DNA of 64,000 nucleotides from Planctomycetota bacterium (GTDB lineage: Bacteria; Planctomycetota; UBA8108; SXIK01). Positions 22,216 to 31,496 of the stretch are shown here, piece after piece (position 1 is the first letter of the stretch; every line of letters starts with the position of its first letter). The stretch lies in assembly GCA_965223845.1 (NCBI GenBank), contig CBDCXR010000004.1, forward strand, positions 5,536,001 to 5,600,000, written 5' to 3'. Under the pieces are notes generated by a model that ran no database searches, was not told the origin of the DNA, and was given only the letters and a program-made list of their open reading frames with translations. The translations under genes and the position numbers were made by a program.

Positions 22216-22336
22216 AGCTGCGGTAGAGATTCGCGCGAAGCGTGCGGCGCGGACGGGAGAAGACGAAGAAGACGAGATCCGCCGGTGGCTTGGTCGCCGC
22301 AGGGAGATTCTCGCTCGACGAAACTCGTCGCTTCGG

Positions 22337-24244
22337 TCACGGCGATCTCAGCGGGGCGGAGCTCGGCTCGACCCGAAGACGCACGACGACCGGATCGTGA
22401 TCGCTCGCGGCATTCGGGAAATCGACGTTCACATGCACAATGTCGCAGTCGATCCGGGACGCGAATGCCGGCGAGACGAGAACGTGGTCGAGCTCCGAGC
22501 ACACGCCGCGGTGGTTGTAGGTGTAACGATCGGCGGGAGCGAGTCGGTTCGCGGCGTGAACGAGACGAAACCCGTCCACTGAACGCGCCGATTCCTCCCC
22601 AGTGAGAGGGCGCAGCGCGGGGGAATACGCCTGGGTGTTGAAGTCGCCGAGGACGACGATCCGTACGCCGATCGTTCGCGTGACTTCGCGGAGCACGGTC
22701 GCGAGAAGGTCGATCTGTCGCGCCCGCGGCACCGCGGTCGGATCGAACGGCGGCTGGCGGCGACCGAACTCGGGCTCCGCACCGTAGCGCGAGCGGAGAT
22801 GCACGTTGACGAACAAGATCGACTCGCCGCCCAAGTCGAAGCCCGCGACGAGGGGTTTTCGGCAGCCGGAGTACTCCTCGGTCCCGTCGAAGAGTCGAAA
22901 CGCCGCGGGGCCGTTCGCCGGTCTCGCTGCCGTCGATTCGCGGCCTCGCGCGACACGGAACACCGCTTTGGTCAGCTCGGGCGCGAGCCTCACGCGATCG
23001 CGTCGATAGAGAAATCCGGTACGGATATTGGTCCCGCGACGACCACCGTCGGCGCCGTCGCGCGGAGGATCGATCTGCACGTGGTCGTAGTCAGGCCCGC
23101 CGGCGGCCGCGATCGCCGCGGTGAGGCGACGGAACGTCTCGTCTCCGCCCGTGCGTCCGTCGTTCTCCGCACCGCTCCGGTCGGTGATTTCCTGCACCGC
23201 GACGAGGTCGGGGGCGCGAAGCACGGACGCAATCTGCCGCGCGATCTTCACCATCCGCCGGCGGTCGCCCGGACCGAGGTTGTGAAGATTGAACGACGCG
23301 ATCGTCCAGTGGGTCGCATCGCCCGAAAGCACGGCGCTCTCCGGGGGAATCGTCGCGGGCTCGATCGTCGCCGATCCGCGCTCGAGCAATGCGTACTGAC
23401 CGAAGCGGTAGTCGAGGGTGGCGTCGACGTCGAGCAGTCGAGCTCCGGTCGCGAGCTCCGAGCGATCCTCGGCGCCTTCAGAAAGAAGCAGAAAGCGAAG
23501 CGGGTGGCGTCGGTGCGGCGATGCGATCCACGACCCTCGCGAAGTTCGCGTCGCGCAGGAGCAGTCTTCGGGCGAGACGATCAGGGCGCGTCGGCGGGCC
23601 GCTGGGGCGACCACGATCGCTCGCTCGATGCGTATGCGCATACCTTCGAGACTCTCCAGCCGATCGAGCGCGTCCTCGTTCGGGTCGAAACGAACATCCG
23701 CACGCTCGACGGAGCGCCCGCGCGCGTCGTCTTCCATCGTTTCGCACGGAACTGCGGCTTCCGCGCGATTCCCGGATCGCAGACGGCCGCCGCAATTGAG
23801 AGAGACCCCGTCCGGCACCCGCGCGAGACCGGCGAGCTCGATCTCGGGCCAGGCGATCTGGGTGACGGTGAGATCGGTCGCTCGCCTCGCCGAAGGGACG
23901 TACTCGACGACGCGCCCGCGGACGCGCACGAGCGCACCGCTCGCGACATCGCTCCCCGGCGTGCCAGCCGTGAAGATGTAGACGCCCTCCGAGGTCTCGG
24001 CCGAAGAATCCGGATGCGTTGATTGGAGGTAGAAGCCCCGCGAATCGACGGTCGTCACGACCCCTTCGACGCCGAGCACGTCGACGTTCTCGAGCGGCGA
24101 GCGATGGCGCGCACCCTGAATGTCCGAAATCGTCGCGGGCGGGATCGAGGGCCGGTAGACCCACCGAACGATCAGCCCGCCGATCGCAGCGCACGCGACC
24201 ACGGCGGCGACTCGCCCCAGACGTTTGACTCGCCGACAGCTCAC
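22337..24244 (-). CDS. Extracellular endonuclease/exonuclease/phosphatase (ExeM/NucH-like with OB fold)
   Basis: ISDIQG...SP, GFYLQ, ESLEGM, SFNLHN, VQEI, GDFN, LDH, SDHDP; N-terminal anchor; GTG start inferred. Confidence 0.85.
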   Translation of the reverse strand: MSCRRVKRLGRVAAVVACAAIGGLIVRWVYRPSIPPATISDIQGARHRSPLENVDVLGVEGVVTTVDSRGFYLQSTHPDSSAETSEGVYIFTAGTPGSDVASGALVRVRGRVVEYVPSARRATDLTVTQIAWPEIELAGLARVPDGVSLNCGGRLRSGNRAEAAVPCETMEDDARGRSVERADVRFDPNEDALDRLESLEGMRIRIERAIVVAPAARRRALIVSPEDCSCATRTSRGSWIASPHRRHPLRFLLLSEGAEDRSELATGARLLDVDATLDYRFGQYALLERGSATIEPATIPPESAVLSGDATHWTIASFNLHNLGPGDRRRMVKIARQIASVLRAPDLVAVQEITDRSGAENDGRTGGDETFRRLTAAIAAAGGPDYDHVQIDPPRDGADGGRRGTNIRTGFLYRRDRVRLAPELTKAVFRVARGRESTAARPANGPAAFRLFDGTEEYSGCRKPLVAGFDLGGESILFVNVHLRSRYGAEPEFGRRQPPFDPTAVPRARQIDLLATVLREVTRTIGVRIVVLGDFNTQAYSPALRPLTGEESARSVDGFRLVHAANRLAPADRYTYNHRGVCSELDHVLVSPAFASRIDCDIVHVNVDFPNAASDHDPVVVRLRVEPSSAPLRSP

Positions 24245-24399
24245 CGACCGCTCCCCACAACAGACCTTGCGATTCGAACTCCTCGCGAGAATCGCGCGTC
24301 TTCCGCGCGCGACTCCGTGAGGATAGGACCGATCCCGGTGCTTCGCCATCGCGCCCGCGTGGGCCGACCGCTCCCCTCTTCACCCGGCGAGCCGCCTCG

Positions 24400-25278
24400 C
24401 TACCGAGTCCAGTTGATCTCGCGCGCCGTCAGTCCGCCGACTGCGCAGTCATCGAGGCTCCGCACGGGCGCGTCGACCGATTCGGAGACCGGTCGCCCGA
24501 GCGCCATGATCTCCGCTTTCGGCTGCGGATAGCGCGGCTCGCGATCCGGCTCGACGTACCCGCCCGGATAGACACTCACCCCGTCGTACTTGTCACTCGC
24601 ACCGAGTGGATGGCAAAGCTCGTGGGCGACGATCGCGCAGGTATGGCCGCGACGATCATCGTTCATCGGCGCGAACACGACGCCCATTCGACTCCGGCGC
24701 GTGGCGACCGAGTCGTAACCGCCAAAGAGATCGCGCCGGCTCTGGTCGTAGTCGTCGTAGAAGTAAAGGAAGAGAACGACGTCGCTCGTCGTGAGGAGGA
24801 GATCTTCGCGATCGCGAATCTCGGTGAAATACTCGAGGAAGGCTTGCGTTCCGCGGTAGCGCTCGAAAAAGGACGCCTCGGCCGTGGGAAGCGCCGGCGG
24901 AGGAGCATCGACTCGAACCGGACCGCGAATGGAGACGCTGAGCGGCGCGCTGTCGATCCCCGTGTGACGCGCGTACTCGCGCTGGAACCACTCCTCCACG
25001 TGGAGGAGGTTTCGATCGGGCCGAGCGGCCCGACTGAGAAACCTCTGAATGAATCGCTCGCCGTCGGCGATCGATCGACTCTTGCCGTCGATCAGCGCGA
25101 CGAAGGTCACGCGGACGGGCTCGTCCCACGCGAAGGTGTGGTGGTCGTCGAGATAGTTGTCGAGCCCCCAGATGCCGACGGCGAGGAACGCTACGAGAAG
25201 GATCGAAATGCGAATCCGCCGAAACTTCGCTCGGCGGCGCTCGCGCGCCTCGTACTGTCGCGTTCCCTTGGCGTACAC
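24400..25278 (-). CDS. Membrane-anchored putative zinc metallopeptidase
   Basis: N-terminal TM; HELCHPLGASDKYD zincin motif and AEIMA Met-turn-like segment. Confidence 0.75.
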   Translation of the reverse strand: MYAKGTRQYEARERRRAKFRRIRISILLVAFLAVGIWGLDNYLDDHHTFAWDEPVRVTFVALIDGKSRSIADGERFIQRFLSRAARPDRNLLHVEEWFQREYARHTGIDSAPLSVSIRGPVRVDAPPPALPTAEASFFERYRGTQAFLEYFTEIRDREDLLLTTSDVVLFLYFYDDYDQSRRDLFGGYDSVATRRSRMGVVFAPMNDDRRGHTCAIVAHELCHPLGASDKYDGVSVYPGGYVEPDREPRYPQPKAEIMALGRPVSESVDAPVRSLDDCAVGGLTAREINWTR

Positions 25279-25479
25279 GTCGTCCTGCGCTCGATTCGCG
25301 GGGAGGCTCGATCGGGTGCGGCGAAGAAAACAGTTGGTCGCAGCACCTTCATCCTCTATCGGTAGGATTCGTCGCCCGGGCCGAATCGTCTCGCGATACC
25401 GCGCGATGGCGGGGAATATCGGTCGGCTGCCGCTCCCGGACGGGAGTGGCCGGACACAACTCTCCATGAGCTCAAGCGG

Positions 25480-26463
25480 ATGAAACGAGAACGAAGTCTA
25501 CGTGGTCGGACCGCGCTCTCGCGCCGCCGATTTCTCTCCCGAGCGGCGAGCGGCGCTCTCGCTGCTTGCGCACCGTTTTCGTCGAGAGTCGTCGCCGCAC
25601 CCCGTGTATCAACGACCTCGGACGAGAAGCCATCGGACGCGAAGACGCCGAAGATCATCGACATCCACCAGCACACGAACTACCACGGCCGCTCCGATGC
25701 CGATCTCGTCCGGCACCAACGCGCGATGGGGATCACCCACACCGTGCTCCTTCCCGCCGGGTCGAAATACGGGCTCGCGGCAAAGTGCGGCCGGAACGAC
25801 ACGGTCCTCAAGATCGCGAAGGAGTTCCCCCGCGAGTTCGTCTTCTTCGCGAACGAGCTCCCAGACCTCCCGACCGCGAAAGCCGAGATCGAGAAATACC
25901 TCGAGCTCGGCGCCATCGGCATCGGCGAGCAAAAGTTCCCCGTCGAGTGCGATTCCAAAGCGATCGAAACGATCGCACGCCTCGCCGAGAAGCACGATGT
26001 TCCCGTCCTCCTTCACTTTCAGCACCGCGCCTACAATCTCAAGTTCGAACGGTTCTACAAGGTGCTCGAACGGTTTCCCAAAGTGCGGTTCATCGGCCAC
26101 GCTCAGACCTGGTGGGGAAACATCGATAAGAAGCACGACCAAAGCGTGATGTACCCGAAAGGGAAAGTGACGCCGGGTGGTCTCACGGATCGTTGGCTCG
26201 CCGACTACCCGAATCTCTACGGTGACCTATCGGCCGGCTCGGGCCTGAACGCCCTGCTCCGCGATGAGGAGCACGCGCGGGAGTTTCTCGAGCGGCACCA
26301 CAAGAAGCTCCTTTACGGAAGCGACTGCGCGGACACGGTCGGTCGCGGCGAGAAGTGCCAAGGGGCGCAAACGATCGCAGCGGTTCGCCGCCTTGCGAGC
26401 GAGAAGGCGCAGCGATCGATTTTCTTCGACAATGCAAAGCGAGTGCTGAAGCTGGAGACCTAG
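25480..26463 (+). CDS. Tat-exported amidohydrolase_2 family protein
   Basis: SRRRFL Tat motif; IDIHQH, GIGE, VLLH, IGHA, YGSD. Confidence 0.9.
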   Translation: MKRERSLRGRTALSRRRFLSRAASGALAACAPFSSRVVAAPRVSTTSDEKPSDAKTPKIIDIHQHTNYHGRSDADLVRHQRAMGITHTVLLPAGSKYGLAAKCGRNDTVLKIAKEFPREFVFFANELPDLPTAKAEIEKYLELGAIGIGEQKFPVECDSKAIETIARLAEKHDVPVLLHFQHRAYNLKFERFYKVLERFPKVRFIGHAQTWWGNIDKKHDQSVMYPKGKVTPGGLTDRWLADYPNLYGDLSAGSGLNALLRDEEHAREFLERHHKKLLYGSDCADTVGRGEKCQGAQTIAAVRRLASEKAQRSIFFDNAKRVLKLET

Positions 26464-26467
26464 GGAA

Positions 26468-27430
26468 TTGAGCCGCATCAAGACCGGATCGCGCGCGCGC
26501 TGGAACGCCGCGGCGGCTCTAGCCCTTCTCGCCGCCTGCGCGGACCGGCCCGCGCCCCCGCCGCGCGTCGACGGCGGCGCAGCATCATCGACGGGAGCGG
26601 TGAGAGAGAACGAATCGAGCACGGTCGCGTCTCGGCCGCCGGCGGGCGCGACACTCGATGTCGACGGACTCTACGCGCGTTCGCCGGCGCAGTTCGCGCG
26701 GGCAGCTCTCGTGAAGCCCGATCGAAGCGAGTCGGATCGGGAGGGAGCGGGATTCGATCTCTATCTCGCTCCGCTCTTCGTCGTCGAATGCGACCTCGAG
26801 ATCGATCCCTCCGCGCTCGCGACGAGTGCGCTCGGCAGCGGACCGAAGCGCTCCCACCCGAGCGCGAAGTCCCCGCCGAGTCCCTCCGCTCCGGTGGTCG
26901 AGTACTCGGAGTCGGCGGAGATCGTCCGCGGCCGCGAGCTCCGTCGGCTCGCGTTTTGGTGGACGCCGCCCGAGCCGTCCGCAGGCACCGATGCGAGTCG
27001 TCGTCGCCGGAGCGGAGTCCGCATGACGTTCGACGAGTCGGGAAATCCGATCGTCTGGGAGATTCTCGACGAGACCGCGATCGCGCACGCGGTGTACGTC
27101 GACGAAGAGCTCGAAGCCGCGGCCCGCGCGGAATTCGGGCCGCCGCTCGACGGTCGCAAGTTCTCGATCGAACGCGCGCGCGACGACACGCCGGACGTCG
27201 CGGTCGTGCGAACGATCCCCTCCTCGTCCGTTCCGATGGGGCCCTTCGTCTACGTCGATCGCGACTACTGGACCGCGGACCTCCTTTGTCGCTGCGAATC
27301 GTCTCGCTTCGAAACGCTCGCCGGCGACGCGATCTACACGCTTCGTAAGCAGCCGGCGCCGAATGACCCTGCGAGCGGGCTCGAGGACCGACCGCTCGAA
27401 TCGATTCTTCGCATTCCGACCGCCCGCTGA
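26468..27430 (+). CDS. Hypothetical lipoprotein
   Basis: LALLAAC lipobox; starts 4 bp after the amidohydrolase stop. Confidence 0.7.
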   Translation: MSRIKTGSRARWNAAAALALLAACADRPAPPPRVDGGAASSTGAVRENESSTVASRPPAGATLDVDGLYARSPAQFARAALVKPDRSESDREGAGFDLYLAPLFVVECDLEIDPSALATSALGSGPKRSHPSAKSPPSPSAPVVEYSESAEIVRGRELRRLAFWWTPPEPSAGTDASRRRRSGVRMTFDESGNPIVWEILDETAIAHAVYVDEELEAAARAEFGPPLDGRKFSIERARDDTPDVAVVRTIPSSSVPMGPFVYVDRDYWTADLLCRCESSRFETLAGDAIYTLRKQPAPNDPASGLEDRPLESILRIPTAR

Positions 27431-27624
27431 CCGGGGCGCGCGGCCGCAGGAGGGACGCGGGCCCCGGCGCAGCGCCGTCGACGACGTCAGCACGGAGAAG
27501 TCGCGTCGATCGAAAGCCTCGGAGGCGCGCGGCCGAGCGGCTACAATCTCTCGCCGGTCGATCGGCGGCGCGTCGCCGATTCGTCGTTCTCGGCGTCCTC
27601 GATTCGCTGTTGCCCTCGAACTCT

Positions 27625-29919
27625 ATGGCCCTCGCCGACGTCCTCCAATCCCTGCGCCGCGACCCCGACCTCGACGGCGAGTTCGTCCTCTGGCGCGACG
27701 AGCCCGCGCGAGGTCCCCTCTACGGACGCTTCGCGGACGACACGCCGGCGCCCCTCATCGAGGGGCTCCGCCGCCGCGGAATCGATCAGCTCTACACTCA
27801 CCAGGTCGAAGCTCTCGACGCCGCGGCTGAGGGGAAGAACTTCGTCGTCGTCACACCGACGGCGTCCGGAAAGTCGCTCTGCTACAACCTCCCGGTCCTG
27901 CGGTCGATCATCGCCGACCCGGAGTCTCGAGCGCTCTATCTCTTTCCGACGAAGGCGCTCTCCCAGGACCAAATGGTCGAGCTGAAATCGCTCATCGGAG
28001 AAGTCGGCGCTGACGTCCGCACGTTCACCTACGACGGTGACACGCCCGGCGACGTGCGGCGGCGGATCCGCCAGGCGGGGCACGTCGTGATCACGAATCC
28101 CGACATGCTCCACACGAGCATCCTCCCTCACCACACGAAGTGGCTGAAGCTCTTCGAAAACCTCGAGTACATCGTGATCGACGAGCTCCATCAGTACCGA
28201 GGAGTCTTCGGTAGCCACGTCGCAAACGTGCTGCGGCGCCTCCGACGCATCACGCGCTTCTACGGATCGAATCCGAAGTTCATCCTCTGCTCGGCCACCA
28301 TCGCAAATCCGCGCGAGCTCGCCGAGCACCTCGTCGAAGCGCCGGTTCATCTCATCGACCAGAGCGGAGCGCCGCGCGCGCGGAAGATCTGCGCCGTGTA
28401 CAATCCGCCGGTCGTCCACGAGCAGCTCGGCCTCCGCCAGGGCGTTGTGGAAGCGACTCGTCGCGTCGCGAGCAAGCTGCTTCAGGCGGGCGTCCAGACG
28501 ATCGTCTTCGCGCCGTCGCGCGTTCGGGTCGAGCTCCTGCTCCGCTACCTTCGCGAGGCGGTTCCGAGTCGCCTCGGCGAGCCGCCGAACGTTTACGGCT
28601 ACCGCGGCGGCTACCTTCCACTCGAGCGCCGCGAAATCGAGCGCGGCCTCCGAGCGCGCGAGATCCTCGGCGTCGTCAGCACGAACGCGCTCGAGCTCGG
28701 CATCGATGTGGGGAGCCTCGAAGCGGCAGTCCTCACCGGCTACCCTGGGAGCCTTTCGAGCGCATGGCAGCAGATCGGCCGCGCCGGCCGCCGGGACGGC
28801 GTTTCACTCGCCGTCGTCGTCGCCTCCTCGTCACCGCTCAACCAGTACGTCGCAACGCATCCCGACTACCTCTTCGAACGGTCGCCCGAGGCCGGTCGCA
28901 TCGATCCGGACAACCTGCTCATCCGCATCAGCCACCTGAAGTGCGCGGCTTTCGAGCTCCCATTTCGACCCGACGAAAAGTTCGGCCCCGATCTCCCCGA
29001 GCTCCTCGAGACGCTCGCCGAGGAGCAGATTCTCGTTCGTGCCGGAGATGAGTACTACTGGATGGCGGATGCGTTCCCCGCCGAAGCGGTGAGTCTTCGC
29101 TCCGCGGCGATCGACAACTTCGTCATCGTCGAGAACGATGGCCCGCGAACGCGAGTCATCGGAGAAGTCGATCGGCCAGCCGCTCCGCTCCTCATTCACG
29201 ACGAGGCGATCTACATGCACGGCGCCGTGCAATTTCACGTCGATCGTCTCGACTGGGAGGAGAAGAAGGCGTACGTCCATCGCGTCGACGTCGACTACTA
29301 CACGGACGCCAATCTCGCGGTGAAGCTCGAAGTGATCGAGGACTTCGCCGACGCGGAGATGCTCGGTTGCACCGCCTACCACGGCGAAGTGGCGATCCGC
29401 GACGTCGCGACGATCTTCAAGAAGCTGAAGCTGCGAACGAACGAGAACATCGGCTGGGGAAAGATCCAGCTCCCCGAGGAGAATCACCACACGACCGCGT
29501 ACTGGTTCTCGCTCGAAGACGAATTCATCGCCGCGGAGGAAGACGGCGCGCACTCCCCTCGGCGCGCCGAGCTTCAAAACGGACTCCGCGGCATCGGCCA
29601 TCTCCTTCGCCACCTCGCGCCGATCTTTCTCCTCTGCGATCCGCGCGATCTGCAATCGGTGGTGCAGATCCGCTCGACGTTTACGAAGCGGCCGACTCTG
29701 TTTCTCTACGAAATCCAGCCGGGCGGTGTCGGCATGGCGCCGCGCCTCTTCGATATTCACGAGCGCCTCCTCGGCGCGGCACTCGATCTCGCGCGCGGCT
29801 GCGGGTGCCCCGACGGCTGCCCCGGTTGCGTGGGTCCGTCCTTCGACGGTCATGCGGCGAAGCACGCGTCGATCGAGCTCCTGTCGAAACTCACGGGCGT
29901 CGCCGATCCGGCGCGATGA
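27625..29919 (+). CDS. DEAD/DEAH helicase with C-terminal DUF1998 Zn-binding domain (MrfA/YprA/Hrq1-like)
   Basis: PTASGKS, PTKALSQDQ, DELH, SAT, ELGID, GRAGR, CGCPDGCPGC. Confidence 0.93.
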   Translation: MALADVLQSLRRDPDLDGEFVLWRDEPARGPLYGRFADDTPAPLIEGLRRRGIDQLYTHQVEALDAAAEGKNFVVVTPTASGKSLCYNLPVLRSIIADPESRALYLFPTKALSQDQMVELKSLIGEVGADVRTFTYDGDTPGDVRRRIRQAGHVVITNPDMLHTSILPHHTKWLKLFENLEYIVIDELHQYRGVFGSHVANVLRRLRRITRFYGSNPKFILCSATIANPRELAEHLVEAPVHLIDQSGAPRARKICAVYNPPVVHEQLGLRQGVVEATRRVASKLLQAGVQTIVFAPSRVRVELLLRYLREAVPSRLGEPPNVYGYRGGYLPLERREIERGLRAREILGVVSTNALELGIDVGSLEAAVLTGYPGSLSSAWQQIGRAGRRDGVSLAVVVASSSPLNQYVATHPDYLFERSPEAGRIDPDNLLIRISHLKCAAFELPFRPDEKFGPDLPELLETLAEEQILVRAGDEYYWMADAFPAEAVSLRSAAIDNFVIVENDGPRTRVIGEVDRPAAPLLIHDEAIYMHGAVQFHVDRLDWEEKKAYVHRVDVDYYTDANLAVKLEVIEDFADAEMLGCTAYHGEVAIRDVATIFKKLKLRTNENIGWGKIQLPEENHHTTAYWFSLEDEFIAAEEDGAHSPRRAELQNGLRGIGHLLRHLAPIFLLCDPRDLQSVVQIRSTFTKRPTLFLYEIQPGGVGMAPRLFDIHERLLGAALDLARGCGCPDGCPGCVGPSFDGHAAKHASIELLSKLTGVADPAR

Positions 29920-30028
29920 TCCCGCGGGATGCGTGCTCGCCGTTGCCGCGGTAGAATCTCCGCCGGCCGTCGTGGTCGCGTCTCGGCGATGAGGTTCAGT
30001 TTCCCGGTACTAGTTCGCACCAAAGACG

Positions 30029-31324
30029 ATGCCGAGTGATGCGAATCCGAAACGATCGCTCCGGGACCGCCTGCGCCACGCCGCACGTGTCCACTCCGAA
30101 GCGACCCGTGCACGCGAGTCCGAATCGCCCGCGGGCGGCGCTCCCTCGGGCAACGCGTCGAGTCTCGACGCCGGCCCGCCGCGCGAGGCGCTCGCCAAGA
30201 TCCTCGGCGGCGAATGGCGCGAGACGGACGCGGGGCCGGTCTTCGTTCGCGAAGTGTGGTTTCCGCTGGCGCACCGTCACGGGAGGGCTCGCCTGAGCGA
30301 GGTCACGGAGCTCTCCGACGAGGAGCTCGGCACCGCACTCGGCGAGAGCGCGGTCCCGCCCGTCGAGTCGCTCGGCTTCTTCGACCTCGAGACGACGGGG
30401 CTCTCGGGCGGAACGGGGACCTACTTCTTTCTCGCCGGACTCGGTTCGTTCGCGCAGCGTAGCGGCGAGCTCTCGTTTCGCCTCCGCCAGTACTTCCTCG
30501 CCGATCTCACCCACGAGCGAGCTCTGCTCGCGCTTCTTCGACGTGATCTGAACGCCTGCTCGGCCGTGGTCACCTACAACGGCCGCGGATTCGATCTTCC
30601 GCTCGTCGAGACGCGCATGCTCCTCGCTCGCGAGGAGATCCCGGCCGCGCGCGAGCGCAACTTCGATCTCATCTATCCCGTGCGACGACTCTACCGTCAC
30701 CGTCTTCCGACGTGCCGACTCGCCGATGCCGAACGCGAGTTGCTCGCCGTCGCGCGCGGAGAGGACGTCCCGGGCTGGAAAGCGCCCGCGATCTACTTCG
30801 ACTACCTCCGCGCGGGGCGCATCGCACCGCTTCGCGGCGTGCTCGCGCACAACGCCGACGATGTTCTTTCGACGACGCTGCTCCTCGCGCACCTTGCGAG
30901 TCTCTTCCGTTCGGAGGAATTGGCTCCGCCGGACACCGCTTCGGTAGCGCGCTGGTGGGAGTACCGCTCGGAGCCCGAGCGCGCTCGAACACTCTACGCG
31001 TCCGCCCTCCCGCGCCTCGAAGGAAGCGATGATTGGTTTTGGGCGGCCGAACGTCACGCGTTCCTCTGTAAGCGCGCCGGCGAGCGGGACGAAGCCGCTC
31101 GTCTCTGGCGCCGCCTCTGGTCCCGCGGGAATCGGCGCGCGGGCCTCGAGCTCGCGAAGCACCTCGAGCACCACGCGCGAGATCTCGCCGCCGCAGAAGA
31201 CGTGACGCGGCGACTCTCGGACGGCGCGCCGCGCAACGAGCGAGACGCGCTCGCGCATCGCCTGCGCCGACTCGAGCGAAAGCAGCTCGCTCGGCCCGCC
31301 GATGCGGACGGGTCTCGCGCGTGA
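30029..31324 (+). CDS. DEDD/RNase H-like exonuclease with TPR tail (MrfB/YprB-like)
   Basis: FFDLETTG, YNGRGFD, HNADDV, helical C-terminus LAKHLEH. Confidence 0.88.
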   Translation: MPSDANPKRSLRDRLRHAARVHSEATRARESESPAGGAPSGNASSLDAGPPREALAKILGGEWRETDAGPVFVREVWFPLAHRHGRARLSEVTELSDEELGTALGESAVPPVESLGFFDLETTGLSGGTGTYFFLAGLGSFAQRSGELSFRLRQYFLADLTHERALLALLRRDLNACSAVVTYNGRGFDLPLVETRMLLAREEIPAARERNFDLIYPVRRLYRHRLPTCRLADAERELLAVARGEDVPGWKAPAIYFDYLRAGRIAPLRGVLAHNADDVLSTTLLLAHLASLFRSEELAPPDTASVARWWEYRSEPERARTLYASALPRLEGSDDWFWAAERHAFLCKRAGERDEAARLWRRLWSRGNRRAGLELAKHLEHHARDLAAAEDVTRRLSDGAPRNERDALAHRLRRLERKQLARPADADGSRA

Positions 31325-31496
31325 TCCGGGACGTCGCTCCGAGCCCGCAGCGCGTGCTCGAGCGGCCGTTTTGCCGAGATTCGCCTCGGGCTCGGAGTTA
31401 GACTGGGAACGATCTCTGGGTAGGGAGTATCGTCCGCCGGCGTTCTGTCCGGCCGGCGACGACGTCAGTACGTCTTATTTTCGGGAGGGTGATACG

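Noticed and set aside
27625-29919. DISARM/Druantia-type defence helicase
   Set aside because: No methyltransferase, PLD or other defence neighbours; the partner gene fits MrfB/YprB
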